Source: Kouleothrix sp. (GTDB lineage Bacteria; Chloroflexota; Chloroflexia; Chloroflexales; Roseiflexaceae). From it: a DNA stretch of 64,000 bases. Shown here piece after piece: positions 30,222 to 39,588 of this stretch; position 1 is the stretch's first letter, and each line of letters starts with the position of its first letter. The position numbers and the translations under genes are program-made. Location of the stretch: assembly GCF_046328425.1 (NCBI RefSeq), contig NZ_JAXLWP010000032.1, positions 23,479 to 87,478 of the forward strand, written 5' to 3'. The notes under the pieces are model-generated. The model was not told the origin of the DNA. It searched no databases and saw only the letters and a program-made list of their open reading frames with translations.

Positions 30222-33200
30222 TTAGGGGATAGAGTCCTTGGTATCGCCCTCGGCCGGGTTGAAATCGGTCGCGGTGTCGGTGCCAGGCCCGCCGCTGAAC
30301 TTGTCGGGGCCGGGGCCGCCGGTGAGCGTGTCGTTGCCCTTGCCACCCTCGAGCCGATCCTTGCCGCTCCCGCCGTTCAGGGTATCGTTGCCGTCGTTGC
30401 CCTCGAGCGTGTCGTCGCCCTCACCGCCGATCAGCGTGTCGTTGCCGCTGCCGCCGTCAACTTTATCGTTGCCGCTGCCGCCGTCGATGTAGTCGTCGCC
30501 GTTGTTGCCGCGCAGCGTGTCGTTGCCGCCGAGGCCGCAGATCACGTCGTTGCCGTTATCGCCCTCGATCGTATCATTGCCCTCGGTGCCGACAATCACG
30601 TCGGCGTTTTTCGTGCCTTTCAGCTTGCCGGTGAAGGTCTTGCCGTTGTCCGGCCCGCCGACGATCTTGCCGTTTTTGACATAGATCGTCGCCGTCAGGT
30701 TGTTGCACGTCGGCGTGGTCGATCCGCCCGAGGTCACGGTGTGCGGAACGCCAGCCGAGGTGCTGCCATTGAAGTTGCTGTCGCCCTGGTATGTGGCCGT
30801 GAGCGTCCTGCTGCCGCTGGTGTTCAGCGTGATGCTGCACTGCCCGGCGGCAACCGTGCCGGTGCAGCTGTCGACGCCGTCGCTTACCGTGACATTGCCA
30901 GTGGGCGTGCCGCTGCCGCTGTTCCGCACAACCGTGTACTTCACAACCACGGCCTGGCCCTGTGCCGAGGGATCGGGCGTGTCCGAGGTGATCGTCGTGG
31001 TCGTGTCGATCTTCGCCGGCACGTTGATCGTCCAGGTGTAGCTCGCCGGCGTCGGGTCGACGTTGCCGGCCTCGTCTTTCGCGCGCACCTCGAAGGTGTG
31101 CTGGCCGTTGGCCAGGTTGCTATAGCTCTGCGGGTTCGTGCAGCCCGCGAAGCCGCCGTTATCGAGGTTGCACTCGAAGGTCAGCTTCGCTGGCGCCGTC
31201 TGGTCGTCCGACCCGTGGAAGAAGAACGTCGCCGCATTGCTGCTGCTCGGGTCGGGAGGCACCGGCGTATCGATCGTCGTGTTGGGCGCTGTCGTGTCCG
31301 GGGTGGTGACCGTCAGCGTGGCGGCGTTTGTGGTGGCGGTGCCGCAGCCGTTGCTGAAGACCGCGCGGTACTGCTTGCCGTTGTCGCCGCTCTGAGCGGT
31401 GAAGCTCAGCGTCGTGCTCGTCTCGCCCGCCAGGTTGCTCCAAGTCGCGCCGTTGTCGTCGCTCACCTGCCACTGCACCGTCGGCGTCGGCCGCCCGCTC
31501 GCCGCCGCTGTGAACGTTGCCGTGGTGCCTGCCGCCACCGACTTGTTCGCCGGCTGGGTGGTGATCGTCGGCGCGGTGTTGACCGTCAGCGTCGCCGCGT
31601 TCGTGGCCACGCTGCCCGAGCTGTTCGTGAACACCGCGCGGAACCGCGTCCCATTATCGGATGCGTTCGCCTGGATCGAGAGCGACGTGGAAGTCGCGCC
31701 GCTGATATTGCTCCAGGTCGCACCGTTGTCGGTGCTGAACTGCCACTGCACCGTCGGCGTTGGGGTGCCGCTCGCCGCCGCCGTGAACGTCACAGTGCCA
31801 TTCACGCATGTCGTCTGATCCTGCGGCTGCGTGGTGATCTGCGGCCCCTGCGCCGCCGGGTTGACGGTGTGCGGCTCGTCGGCCGAGGTGCTGCCACTGA
31901 AGCTGCCATCGCCTTGGTATGTGGCCGTGAGCGTCCGGCTGCCGCTGGTGTTCAGCGTGATGCTGCACTGCCCGGCGGCAACCGTGCCAGTGCAGCTGTC
32001 GACGCCGTCGCTTACCGTGACATTGCCGCTCGGCGTGCCCGCGCCGGGCGCGCTCACCGCCACGGTGTACTGCACCGTCACGGCCTGGCCCTGGGTCGAG
32101 GGATCGGGAGTGTCCGAGGTGATCGAGGTGGTCGTGCTGGCCTTGCCCACCGTCACGGTGTTGCTGCAGGCGTTGTTGGCCTCGTTGCTTTCCGTCACCA
32201 CGCTGCCGGGGTCGGCGGCGCAGCTGCCGCCGTTGCGCGGCACAGCGTAGCCGCCAGTCGCGCTGGCGGTCGCGCTGAACGACACGGTGAGCGAGCCAGA
32301 CGACGCAATCGACAGCCCGGAGCTGGCGGTGCAGACGAGATCCTTGCTGCCGTTGATGCTACACGCGACGTTCGGGTTATTCGATGTCGGCGTCCCGTAG
32401 GTGATGTTGGCGCTATTGGGCAGGTTGGCGCTGAACACCGTCTGGCCGCTGCTGAAGTTCACCGCGCCAACGCCGCCGTTCGCAATCGTGGCCGTCCACG
32501 TCCAGCTCTGGCCGACCACCGCGCTGTCGCCCACATTGTTGGCGAGCGTGGCGGTCAGGTCGCCAACACACTCCACAGAAACGCCCGCCGTGAGCGTCTG
32601 GTTGTCGAACACGGCGTCGGCGCCGCCCGCGCCACAGGCCGCCGAAGTGTTGCCGGCGGTAAACGAGGCGGTAGCGGTGCCATTCGACTGCACCGTCGTC
32701 TGTATGCTCGAGAGCGAGCCGCGCGTGGCGTTGTTGAAGGTGATCGGCTCGCCGATGATCGCGCCAAGGTTCGAAGCTGCCACCGCCGACCCGGCCGAGT
32801 CGGTCAGGAAGCTGGCGGTGAGGGTGGTGGAATTGCCCTGCAGCAGCGTCGACGAGGCCGGCGTATGGCTCATCACCAGGCGCGGCGCAGCAGTGATGCT
32901 GCTCGTCAGGCCGCCGATTGTGTCGCAGCCGGTGCTGCCCGGCCCGGCGTTGCAGCCCCACCAGTTTTCAGTCGCGTCAAGCGTGCCGCCCGAGCCGTTT
33001 GCTTTGTAGATGCCCGAGCCCTGGCTGGCGCTATTGTTGAAAAAGCGGTTGAACTGCATCGTCGAAGACTGCGAGCCGGCATCATAGATCGCCCCGCCAA
33101 AGCCGGCAGTGGCCTGGTTGCTGGTGAAACTATTCTTCGAAATTGTAAAGGCGCTGAGCGCCTGCGTCGTCGCGATCGCCACGCGGATCGCGCCGCCGGC

Positions 33201-33983
33201 GCCGGTGTTCGAAGCCCCAGCCGAGTTGTTCGAGAAGCTGCTGTTGGTGATGCTCAGCCCGCCCTGCCCGGCCGCACCAGAGTTGTTAAGCAGGCTGTAG
33301 TTGATCGCGCCGCCCACGTTGGCGGCGGTGTTGTTGTCGAACTGGCAGTTGTTGATCGTCAGCACGCCGCCGCCGCTATAGCTGACGCCGGCGCCGACGT
33401 TGAAGACACCGGCGGGCAAGCTGTTGCCGCTGATGACGCAGTTGCTGAGCGTCAGCGAGTTGCCCGGGCCGCCGGCGAACACCCCCGCCCCGCCGAAGTT
33501 GTCGCTTGGCGAATTGCCGCCGGTGATCGTCACCCCAGAGATGCTGAGGGCCACATTCGGCGCGGCCACAGAGCTCACTGGGGGGTTGACATCAAACACG
33601 CGCCGGTTGGCGGTCGTCTGCCGGATGATCGTGCTGCTCGCGCCGGCGCCGACGATGCGGGTGTCGGTGTTGCTGGCATCGCCGATCTGCAGCTCGTCGA
33701 CGGTCAGGTTGTAGGTGCCGGCCGGCAGGTTGATCGTAAACGGCACGCCGCCGCCCGAGCCGGTGCAGCCGCCGACGTTGGTGTTGCTGTTGGCCGAGGC
33801 CAGCGCCTCGCGCAACGAGCAGCCAGTGCCAGCGCCGTTCTCATCGGCAGTTGTGGTCACATTGATCGTGCTGGCGGCGCGCGCAGACGGCGGCACGGCC
33901 AGCAGCGCCGCGAGCGCCAGCAGCAGCGCGAACGCGGCGCGCCCGGCGCGCCAGGTGGGTAATTGAGACAGATGTTTCCCCAT
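30222..33983 (-). CDS. 1253-aa secreted giant: N-terminal parallel beta-helix ([11 protein letters not shown] choice-of-anchor-Q-like motif) + repeated Ig-like and FN3 domains + C-terminal RTX (hemolysin-type Ca-binding) nonapeptide repeats
   Basis: Signal peptide [22 protein letters not shown]. NxxGGAI beta-helix repeats. Duplicated blocks [38 protein letters not shown] and [18 protein letters not shown]-terminal GGxGNDxL(x) repeats ([74 protein letters not shown]). Confidence 0.75.
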   Translation of the reverse strand: MGKHLSQLPTWRAGRAAFALLLALAALLAVPPSARAASTINVTTTADENGAGTGCSLREALASANSNTNVGGCTGSGGGVPFTINLPAGTYNLTVDELQIGDASNTDTRIVGAGASSTIIRQTTANRRVFDVNPPVSSVAAPNVALSISGVTITGGNSPSDNFGGAGVFAGGPGNSLTLSNCVISGNSLPAGVFNVGAGVSYSGGGVLTINNCQFDNNTAANVGGAINYSLLNNSGAAGQGGLSITNSSFSNNSAGASNTGAGGAIRVAIATTQALSAFTISKNSFTSNQATAGFGGAIYDAGSQSSTMQFNRFFNNSASQGSGIYKANGSGGTLDATENWWGCNAGPGSTGCDTIGGLTSSITAAPRLVMSHTPASSTLLQGNSTTLTASFLTDSAGSAVAASNLGAIIGEPITFNNATRGSLSSIQTTVQSNGTATASFTAGNTSAACGAGGADAVFDNQTLTAGVSVECVGDLTATLANNVGDSAVVGQSWTWTATIANGGVGAVNFSSGQTVFSANLPNSANITYGTPTSNNPNVACSINGSKDLVCTASSGLSIASSGSLTVSFSATASATGGYAVPRNGGSCAADPGSVVTESNEANNACSNTVTVGKASTTTSITSDTPDPSTQGQAVTVQYTVAVSAPGAGTPSGNVTVSDGVDSCTGTVAAGQCSITLNTSGSRTLTATYQGDGSFSGSTSADEPHTVNPAAQGPQITTQPQDQTTCVNGTVTFTAAASGTPTPTVQWQFSTDNGATWSNISGATSTSLSIQANASDNGTRFRAVFTNSSGSVATNAATLTVNTAPTITTQPANKSVAAGTTATFTAAASGRPTPTVQWQVSDDNGATWSNLAGETSTTLSFTAQSGDNGKQYRAVFSNGCGTATTNAATLTVTTPDTTAPNTTIDTPVPPDPSSSNAATFFFHGSDDQTAPAKLTFECNLDNGGFAGCTNPQSYSNLANGQHTFEVRAKDEAGNVDPTPASYTWTINVPAKIDTTTTITSDTPDPSAQGQAVVVKYTVVRNSGSGTPTGNVTVSDGVDSCTGTVAAGQCSITLNTSGSRTLTATYQGDSNFNGSTSAGVPHTVTSGGSTTPTCNNLTATIYVKNGKIVGGPDNGKTFTGKLKGTKNADVIVGTEGNDTIEGDNGNDVICGLGGNDTLRGNNGDDYIDGGSGNDKVDGGSGNDTLIGGEGDDTLEGNDGNDTLNGGSGKDRLEGGKGNDTLTGGPGPDKFSGGPGTDTATDFNPAEGDTKDSIP

Positions 33984-34107
33984 GGGTACTGCTCCTGTAG
34001 CGGTATGCGCCGGGTTGAGTGAGGCGGCGGGCGCGCTGCACCTCAGCGCAGAAAAGGGCGGGGCCACTTGCCCCACCCAGCATCATGGCTTTCTCTAACC
34101 TTGGTTG

Positions 34108-34641
34108 CTATGGGCGCTGTGGGAAAATTCCCTGCAGCGCGATAATAAAGTTCAGCGTCAGGTAGGGCTGCATATTGTTATGCGCCTGGCTCTGGCCCTG
34201 CGGCGTCAGCGCCCCGACATTCATGGCCGCCGGGCTGCTGGCGTTGGCGGTGTACATCGGCACGGCGGCGCGCGGCTCGCCGCCCACGGCCCATATCCCG
34301 TTCGTCGGGTCGGTGGCGCTAGCGCTATTGCCGCTGGCCTTGGCGATATGCGCGTGCGCGGGCATTTCGCTCTCGAGCAGCGTCACGCTCGTCACCCCGG
34401 CGGTCTCGCCCAGGTCGCGATAGCTCAGGCCCGGCCCCTGGCCCCAGTTCATCGGCGCAATGCCCTGGAAGTTCGGCAGCGCGAAGTTTGTCGTGCCATT
34501 GCCGCCGTAGGTGGTGCCCAGCAGCGAGAATAGCGCCGTGTTCTGCTGGATCGACATAAGCTGGCCATTGCAGAACGCCCAGCCCTGCGGCGCGTAGTTG
34601 AAGCCAACGACCCGGATCTCGCCTATGAATGGATCAGACAT
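34108..34641 (-). CDS. phage-tail-collar domain protein (MdpB / microcystin-dependent-protein family), paralog 1
   Basis: MSDPFIGEIRVVGFNYAPQGWAFCNGQLMSIQQNTALFSLLGTTYGGNG.TNFALPN ... HNNMQPYLTLNFIIALQGIFP is the canonical Collar (PF07484) signature. AGGGGG RBS. Confidence 0.8.
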   Translation of the reverse strand: MSDPFIGEIRVVGFNYAPQGWAFCNGQLMSIQQNTALFSLLGTTYGGNGTTNFALPNFQGIAPMNWGQGPGLSYRDLGETAGVTSVTLLESEMPAHAHIAKASGNSASATDPTNGIWAVGGEPRAAVPMYTANASSPAAMNVGALTPQGQSQAHNNMQPYLTLNFIIALQGIFPQRP

Positions 34642-34704
34642 ATATCTTGCCCCCTGTATGCTATGAGCTAGTAGGCCCGTATCGTGGGCGACCGCGCCCT
34701 CGTG

Positions 34705-35205
34705 TTAGTTACGCGGCGGATAGATCCCGACGAGCGCGATCATAAACGAGATCGTCAGGTACGGCTGCATATTCTCGTGCGGCTGGCCGCCGCCGGCGAT
34801 GGCGATCGCGCCATCCCACATCCTGGAGTTTGCGGTGCTGGCGAACGGCGACTGCGTCGATTTGGCCGCCCAGAAGGCATCCTGCGGGATGGGCTGGTCG
34901 GCAGGGTTGTTGCTGCCAGAGATAGTGTGCGTGTGCATAGGCATCTCGTTCACGGCGAGCGTATGGGTTTCCTCGCCGCTCTTCGAGCCCTGCACATACT
35001 GCGGTGTGAAGTGGATCGGCACGCGGCTACGCAGGTCCGGCAGCGCGAAGGTGGTCACGCCGTCGCCGCCGTACATCGTGCCAAGGAGCGAGAACAGCGC
35101 CTGGTTCTGGTTGATCTGCATGATCTGGCCATTGCACAGCGCCCAGCCTTTGGCGGCGAAGCCCCACGAAGTCATGCGGATCTCGCCGATAAATGGATCT
35201 CCCAT
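34705..35205 (-). CDS. phage-tail-collar domain protein (MdpB family), paralog 2
   Basis: MGDPFIGEIRMTSWGFAAKGWALCNGQIMQINQNQALFSLLGTMYGGDGVTTFALPDL ... HENMQPYLTISFMIALVGIYP. The ORF track uses an upstream GTG at 35217. Confidence 0.75.
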   Translation of the reverse strand: MGDPFIGEIRMTSWGFAAKGWALCNGQIMQINQNQALFSLLGTMYGGDGVTTFALPDLRSRVPIHFTPQYVQGSKSGEETHTLAVNEMPMHTHTISGSNNPADQPIPQDAFWAAKSTQSPFASTANSRMWDGAIAIAGGGQPHENMQPYLTISFMIALVGIYPPRN

Positions 35206-35218
35206 TTGCACCCTCACA

Positions 35219-35740
35219 CTAATTTTGCGACGGATAAATGCCCTGCCACGCGATGATGAAGCTCACGGCCAGGTACGGCTGCATGTTCTCGTGTGGCATG
35301 CTCCCGCCGCTCGCGCCGATCGCCGCAGTGTTCATGTTGGTGTTGGCCTGGTCGCCGGGCACAAACTGCGGCACGGTGGCCGAGCCCGACCAGTAGTTGT
35401 TGGCCGGCTCGTCGCTGTTGCCGGCGCCGGAATTGGCTAAGGCAGAATGGTTGTGTACCGGAAGCTGGCCCTGGAGCAGCGTCACCTGCTCTGCGCCGCC
35501 AGGCTGGCCTATCACTCGGAGCGAGAGGCCATTGCCCTGGCCTTGGTGGATGGGCAGGCGCCCGCGCAGGTCGGGCAGCTGGAAGGTCGTTTGGCCATCG
35601 CCGCCGTAGGTCGTGCCGATCAGGCTGAACAGGGTCTCGTACTGCGAGATCTGCAGCGTCGAGCCATCGCAGAAAAACCATCCATAGGGCGCGAAATTGC
35701 CGCCAAACAAGCGGATCTCGCCAATATAGGGGTCGCTCAT
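35219..35740 (-). CDS. phage-tail-collar domain protein (MdpB family), paralog 3
   Basis: MSDPYIGEIRLFGGNFAPYGWFFCDGSTLQISQYETLFSLIGTTYGGDGQTTFQLPDL ... HENMQPYLAVSFIIAWQGIYP. AAGGAAG RBS. Confidence 0.8.
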   Translation of the reverse strand: MSDPYIGEIRLFGGNFAPYGWFFCDGSTLQISQYETLFSLIGTTYGGDGQTTFQLPDLRGRLPIHQGQGNGLSLRVIGQPGGAEQVTLLQGQLPVHNHSALANSGAGNSDEPANNYWSGSATVPQFVPGDQANTNMNTAAIGASGGSMPHENMQPYLAVSFIIAWQGIYPSQN

Positions 35741-35777
35741 GTTCTTCCTTTCTCACTACAGCCAGTACTGCCGAACA

Positions 35778-36299
35778 CTATGCCGGGGCTAGCGCCTGCG
35801 CGCCGCTGGCCACAGGCTGACGGGCCGGCGGCGCCCATTCCATAAACCAGTACATCCCGCGATCCTCGACCAGGGCAAAGCCCAGCCGCTGGTACAGCCG
35901 CAGCGCCGGGTTAAACTTTTCGACATGGATGCGCAGCGGCTTGCCGCAGGCCGCTGCCTCGCTCAGCAGCTCGTGCAGCAGGCGCGAGCCAATGCCGGCG
36001 CCGCGCCGCGCGGGCAGCAGCGCGATATCGATCAGGCGGATCTCGTCGGCGCGGCGATCGACGTACATCCGGCCGATTGGCTGCTCGCCGCACATGATCA
36101 CCAGAAAGTCGGCGCCTGCGGAGTAGGTATGGTAGTGCTGGTGCTGGGCCTCGAACTGCTGGGCCAGAAACGCGTGCTGCTGCGCGGCGCTCCAGCCCAG
36201 CAGCGCCAGCTCGTCGAGCCGCGTGCTGGCGTATACCTGGTACAGCAGCGGCATGTCGCTTGCCTTGGCCGGGCGCAGCCAGATCGCCGGTGTGCTCAT
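35778..36299 (-). CDS. GNAT-family N-acetyltransferase
   Basis: IGRMYVDRRADEIRLIDIALLPARRGAGIGSRLLHELLSEAAACGKPLRIHVEKFNPALRLYQRLGF carries the acetyl-CoA binding motif A (R/Q-x-x-G-x-G/A). ATGA overlap with the upstream gene. Confidence 0.8.
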   Translation of the reverse strand: MSTPAIWLRPAKASDMPLLYQVYASTRLDELALLGWSAAQQHAFLAQQFEAQHQHYHTYSAGADFLVIMCGEQPIGRMYVDRRADEIRLIDIALLPARRGAGIGSRLLHELLSEAAACGKPLRIHVEKFNPALRLYQRLGFALVEDRGMYWFMEWAPPARQPVASGAQALAPA

Positions 36300-36604
36300 G
36301 GCGCCGCCTCGGCGCTCAGGCAATTGAAGGAAGCCTCGTAGTACAGGCCCTGCCGATCCTGGCGAACCGGCACGATGAAGATCTCGAGTTGCCCGAGCGC
36401 GGCGTGATCCATGCGGTACGAGGCCTGGGGAATATAGCGGCCGGACGGCCCGCGCAGCTCGAGCGAGTACGATTCGTAGGGTGCGTTGCGGCGTAGTGGC
36501 GAAACCTCGATCAGCTCAAGTGCCAGCGGTTCGCCAGCGGCCGCCAGCCAGAATTTCGTGTTCAGCTGGCCGGCGAATGCCTCGTGTGAATAGGCCGTCG
36601 CCAT
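36296..36604 (-). CDS. small conserved hypothetical protein (resembles DUF6916-type proteins that co-occur with tail-collar genes)
   Basis: MATAYSHEAFAGQLNTKFWLAAAGEPLALELIEVSPL ... YESYSLELRGP ... YRMDHAALGQLEIFIVPV. GAGGTGA RBS. First gene of the six-gene minus-strand cluster. The family assignment is from memory, not a search. Confidence 0.45.
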   Translation of the reverse strand: MATAYSHEAFAGQLNTKFWLAAAGEPLALELIEVSPLRRNAPYESYSLELRGPSGRYIPQASYRMDHAALGQLEIFIVPVRQDRQGLYYEASFNCLSAEAAP

Positions 36605-36805
36605 GGATCACCTCACATTTCAGATTTCGGCGCAGCACAAAGCCGGTACCGGGCGAATACCCGATACGCATCGTCGGGGATGAGCGAGCCTCGAGCGCCA
36701 GCACACGCTTCGCCAGTCCTCTGCCTCCACCCCCTGCCGCTCCAAGAGCTTGCGGGCTGATACTGTATATATATCATGGACGGTGCGGTGACGCATCAGG
36801 TAAAT

Positions 36806-36825
36806 TACGTATTCTCGGTTACGTA
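36806..36825. promoter_or_regulatory. twin TACGTA palindromic hexamers in AT-rich divergent control region
   Basis: aaatTACGTAttctcggtTACGTAgttc lies within the ~410-nt spacer between the tail-collar operon start (36604) and the small + strand ORF (37017). Flanked by tgtatatatatca and tataattgtcgcga. Confidence 0.35.
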
Positions 36826-37016
36826 GTTCGCGGCAGTCGCACCCGCAGCGATCTATAATTGTCGCGATGCGCGCGCTGGCTGCGGCCCCCACACCTCCCG
36901 CGCGGGGAGTGCCCGCATCGCATGCGCCATTGTCGCGACATACCAGCCCGACTTGTCGCTATCGCCGAGGGCCGGCTGCGAGTATACTAGCGGCCAGGCT
37001 CGAACAAGGAGCTGCC

Positions 37017-37127
37017 ATGTTCTTTCGCCTTGGCACACCCGAATGCCTGATCATTCTGGTGGTGCTGATCATTGTGGTCGGGCTGTCGTATCGCAGCGGC
37101 TACTTCCGCGGACGCCGCCGCAAGTAG
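37017..37127 (+). CDS. 36-aa hydrophobic micro-protein (TatA-like N-terminal TM, truncated)
   Basis: AAGGAG RBS followed by ATG. MFFRLGTPECLIILVVLIIVVGLSYRSGYFRGRRRK resembles the TatA/E N-terminus but lacks the amphipathic helix. Confidence 0.3.
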   Translation: MFFRLGTPECLIILVVLIIVVGLSYRSGYFRGRRRK

Positions 37128-37149
37128 CCACCTAGCCGGAGCAACACCT

Positions 37150-38397
37150 ATGACAATCACCGCCTCTGATTCGGCCGGCCAGCTCTGGGAAGCGCACTGG
37201 GCCAGCGCCGTCGGCAACATCAGCAGCTCGGCCATCCGCGAGCTGCTGAAGGTTACCGAGGAGCCTGGCGTGATCTCGTTTGCGGGCGGCTTGCCCTCGC
37301 CCGACTGTTTTCCGGCCGAGGAGATCGCACTAGCCGCCGAGCGCGTGCTGGCCAACGAGGCCGGGCGCGTGCTCCAGTACGGCCCCACCGAGGGCTTTCC
37401 GCCGCTGCGCGCGTTTCTGGTGGAGCTGATGCGCGCGCGCGGCCTGAGCATCGGCCCCGAGCACCTGCTTGTCACCAATGGCTCGCAGCAGGGCCTCGAC
37501 ATGATCGCCAAGCTGCTGGTCGACCCCGGCGACGTGGTGCTGGTCGAGGAGCCAACCTACGTGGGCGCGCTGCAGGCGTTCCGGCCCTACCGGCCGCGCT
37601 TTGTGACGCTGCCGATGGACGACGACGGCCTGCAGATCGAGGGTGTCGAGCGCGCGCTGGCCGATTTGGCCGCCGCCGGCCAAGCGCCGAAGTTCCTCTA
37701 CACCGTCGCCAGCTTTCAGAATCCCACCGGCGTCACGCTCTCGGCCGAGCGGCGCCGCGCGCTGATCGCGCTGGCCGCGCGCCACGGCCTGCCGATCGTC
37801 GAGGACGACCCGTATGGCGAGCTGCGCTACAGCGGCGCGGCGCCGCCGCTGCTGGCCGCGCTCGATATCGAGCGCCACGGCGCGCCGCGCCACGTGCTCT
37901 ACCTCAGCACCTTCTCGAAGCTGCTGGTGCCGGGCCTGCGGGTGGGCTGGGCCGTGGCGCCCGAGGTGCTGCTGCGCCGCATGGTTCAGGTGAAGCAGGG
38001 GCTCGACCTGCACACCAGCTCGCTGGCTCAGGCGATCGCCTACGAGGCCTGCCGCGATGGCCTGCTGGCTCGCCAGATCCCGCGCATCCGCGCGGTGTAC
38101 CAGCAGCGGCGCGACGCCATGCTCGGCGCGCTCGAGCAGTACCTGCCGGCCGGCGCGCGCTGGACCAAGCCCGACGGTGGGATGTTCCTGTGGATCACAC
38201 TGCCCGCCGGCTACAACACCACCGATCTGCTGGCGCGCGCGCTCGAGCGCAAGGTCGCGTTCGTGCCGGGCGGCGCTTTCCACGCCAACGGCGGCGGCAC
38301 CAACACCATGCGGCTCAACTTCTCGTTCTCCCCGCCCGACACAATCGTCGAGGGCGTGCGCCGCCTCTCCGAGGTGTTTAAAGCAGCCCTGGGCTAG
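37150..38397 (+). CDS. PLP-dependent aminotransferase, class I/II fold (LysN/ARO8/MocR-catalytic-domain-like)
   Basis: AIRELLKVTEEPGVISFAGGLPSPDCFP ... YGPTEGFPPLR ... LSTFSKLLVPGLRVGWAV (PLP-Lys context SxSK). 415 aa. Confidence 0.8.
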   Translation: MTITASDSAGQLWEAHWASAVGNISSSAIRELLKVTEEPGVISFAGGLPSPDCFPAEEIALAAERVLANEAGRVLQYGPTEGFPPLRAFLVELMRARGLSIGPEHLLVTNGSQQGLDMIAKLLVDPGDVVLVEEPTYVGALQAFRPYRPRFVTLPMDDDGLQIEGVERALADLAAAGQAPKFLYTVASFQNPTGVTLSAERRRALIALAARHGLPIVEDDPYGELRYSGAAPPLLAALDIERHGAPRHVLYLSTFSKLLVPGLRVGWAVAPEVLLRRMVQVKQGLDLHTSSLAQAIAYEACRDGLLARQIPRIRAVYQQRRDAMLGALEQYLPAGARWTKPDGGMFLWITLPAGYNTTDLLARALERKVAFVPGGAFHANGGGTNTMRLNFSFSPPDTIVEGVRRLSEVFKAALG

Positions 38398-38419
38398 CCG
38401 CACCAGCGGCATCCTCATA

Positions 38420-38560
38420 CGCTGTTCGCTTGATCACGTATAGCTTGTGTTGCACTCCGTGGCTTCGCCACGGAGTGCAACACAAGAAATTTGGGGGCGT
38501 CTTCGCCGCCCCCAAACCCCCACCAAAGTGGCAGTAATAAAGCGAATTTGGTATCACATA
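38420..38560. repeat. REP-like modules A and B(rc)
   Basis: gtgttgcactccgtggcttcgccacggagtgcaacac. aaatttgggggcgtcttcgccgcccccaaacccccaccaaagtggcagtaataaagcgaatttgg. Confidence 0.8.
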
Positions 38561-38644
38561 CGCCGGCCCGCTCGCGCTTGCGCGAGCGGGCCGGCGTGCG
38601 CCTGTGCCCCTCGCAACCAGCTCGCCGATCGCCGAAAATTGCCT

Positions 38645-38694
38645 CTTGACTTTAGCGATATATCGTGATATTCTACGAGCCATCACGATATATC
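38645..38694 (+). promoter_or_regulatory. promoter (TTGACT-17-TATTCT) overlapped by a perfect 14-nt inverted repeat, putative PadR operator
   Basis: ttgact ttagCGATATATCGTGATattctacgagccATCACGATATATCGtt. Immediately upstream of the padR-like gene (AAAAGGAG RBS at 38710). Confidence 0.6.
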
Positions 38695-38723
38695 GTTATC
38701 GTAACAAGAAAAGGAGCACATAC

Positions 38724-39429
38724 AATGTTTCGACGACCATTCCGGCGCCCGTGGGAAGGCGAGGCGCCCGAGCACGAGCACCACGGCCCACCGCACCAGC
38801 ACCACCACGAGCACTTTAGCCCGGCCGACCGGCTGCGCCGGCGGTTTTGGTTCGCGCACGACGACGAGCCGTTCGAGCACTTCATCCCGCGCGGCCCGTT
38901 TGGCGGCCCGCACGGCGGGCCTTTCGGCGGGCGGCCATTCGACGAAGACGGCGGCGGGCGGCGGCGGCAGCGCCGCGGCGACATCAAGTTCGCCCTGCTC
39001 GAGCTGCTGGCCGAGCAGCCGCGCCACGGCTACGAGCTGATCAAAGAGCTTGAGCAGCGCTACGGCGGCTTTTACCGCCCCAGCCCCGGCTCGGTCTACC
39101 CGACGCTGCAGCTGCTCGAAGACGAGGGCCACCTGACGAGCGAGACGGTTGAGGGCAAGCGGGTGTACACGATCACCGACTCGGGCAGGCAGCTGCTGGC
39201 CGAGCGCCAGCCCGCCGGCCCCGAGTGGCGCGGCCCAGGCTGGCGTGGGCCGGGCCTCGAGCTGAACGAGCTGCGCCAGACTAGCATGAGCCTGATTGCC
39301 AGCGTGATGCAGGTAGGCAAGCACGGCACCCCCGAGCAGGTGCAGGCGGTGATGAAGCTGCTCGACAGCACGCGCCGCGAGATCTACGCCATCCTCTCGC
39401 GCGACGAGCGCGCCAGCACCGGCGAGTAG
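38724..39429 (+). CDS. PadR-family transcriptional regulator with His/Gly-rich N-terminal tail
   Basis: GDIKFALLELLAEQPRHGYELIKELEQRYGGFYRPSPGSVYPTLQLLEDEGHLT is a PadR winged HTH. The N-terminus PEHEHHGPPHQHHHEHF is His-rich. Confidence 0.8.
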
Positions 39430-39469
39430 CGCCTCACAGCCAAGGCCGGGCGGTGAAGCAGCGCATCGC

Positions 39470-39580
39470 CTTGCTCACATTCGCTTTGGGATGCCCTGCC
39501 CGGCTTGGCCGGGCGGGGCATCCCAAAATTTCGGGGGCGACAGTGCCGCCCCCGAACCCGCGCAAGCAAGCGACCAGCGT
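39470..39580. repeat. REP-like module D hairpins
   Basis: gggatgccctgcccggcttggccgggcggggcatccc. tttcgggggcgacagtgccgcccccgaaccc. Confidence 0.7.
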
Positions 39581-39588
39581 GGGGCGCG

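Noticed and set aside
30099-33962. 1287-aa ORF on the + strand, antisense to the giant adhesin gene
   Set aside because: The translation is extremely Arg/Ala/Gly-rich, with no domain signal, no RBS and no start context. This is the typical spurious antisense frame of a high-GC gene. The minus-strand frame carries clear beta-helix, Ig and RTX motifs.
34108-35740. Prophage tail-fibre remnant interpretation of the three tail-collar genes
   Set aside because: No other phage structural genes are adjacent. This family (MdpB-like) is known to occur as free-standing chromosomal paralogs, so I favour a cellular surface-system role but flag it for checking.
36987-37511. 174-aa minus-strand ORF overlapping the aminotransferase start
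   Set aside because: It is antisense to a well-supported PLP aminotransferase and the TatA-like micro-ORF. No motif or RBS.
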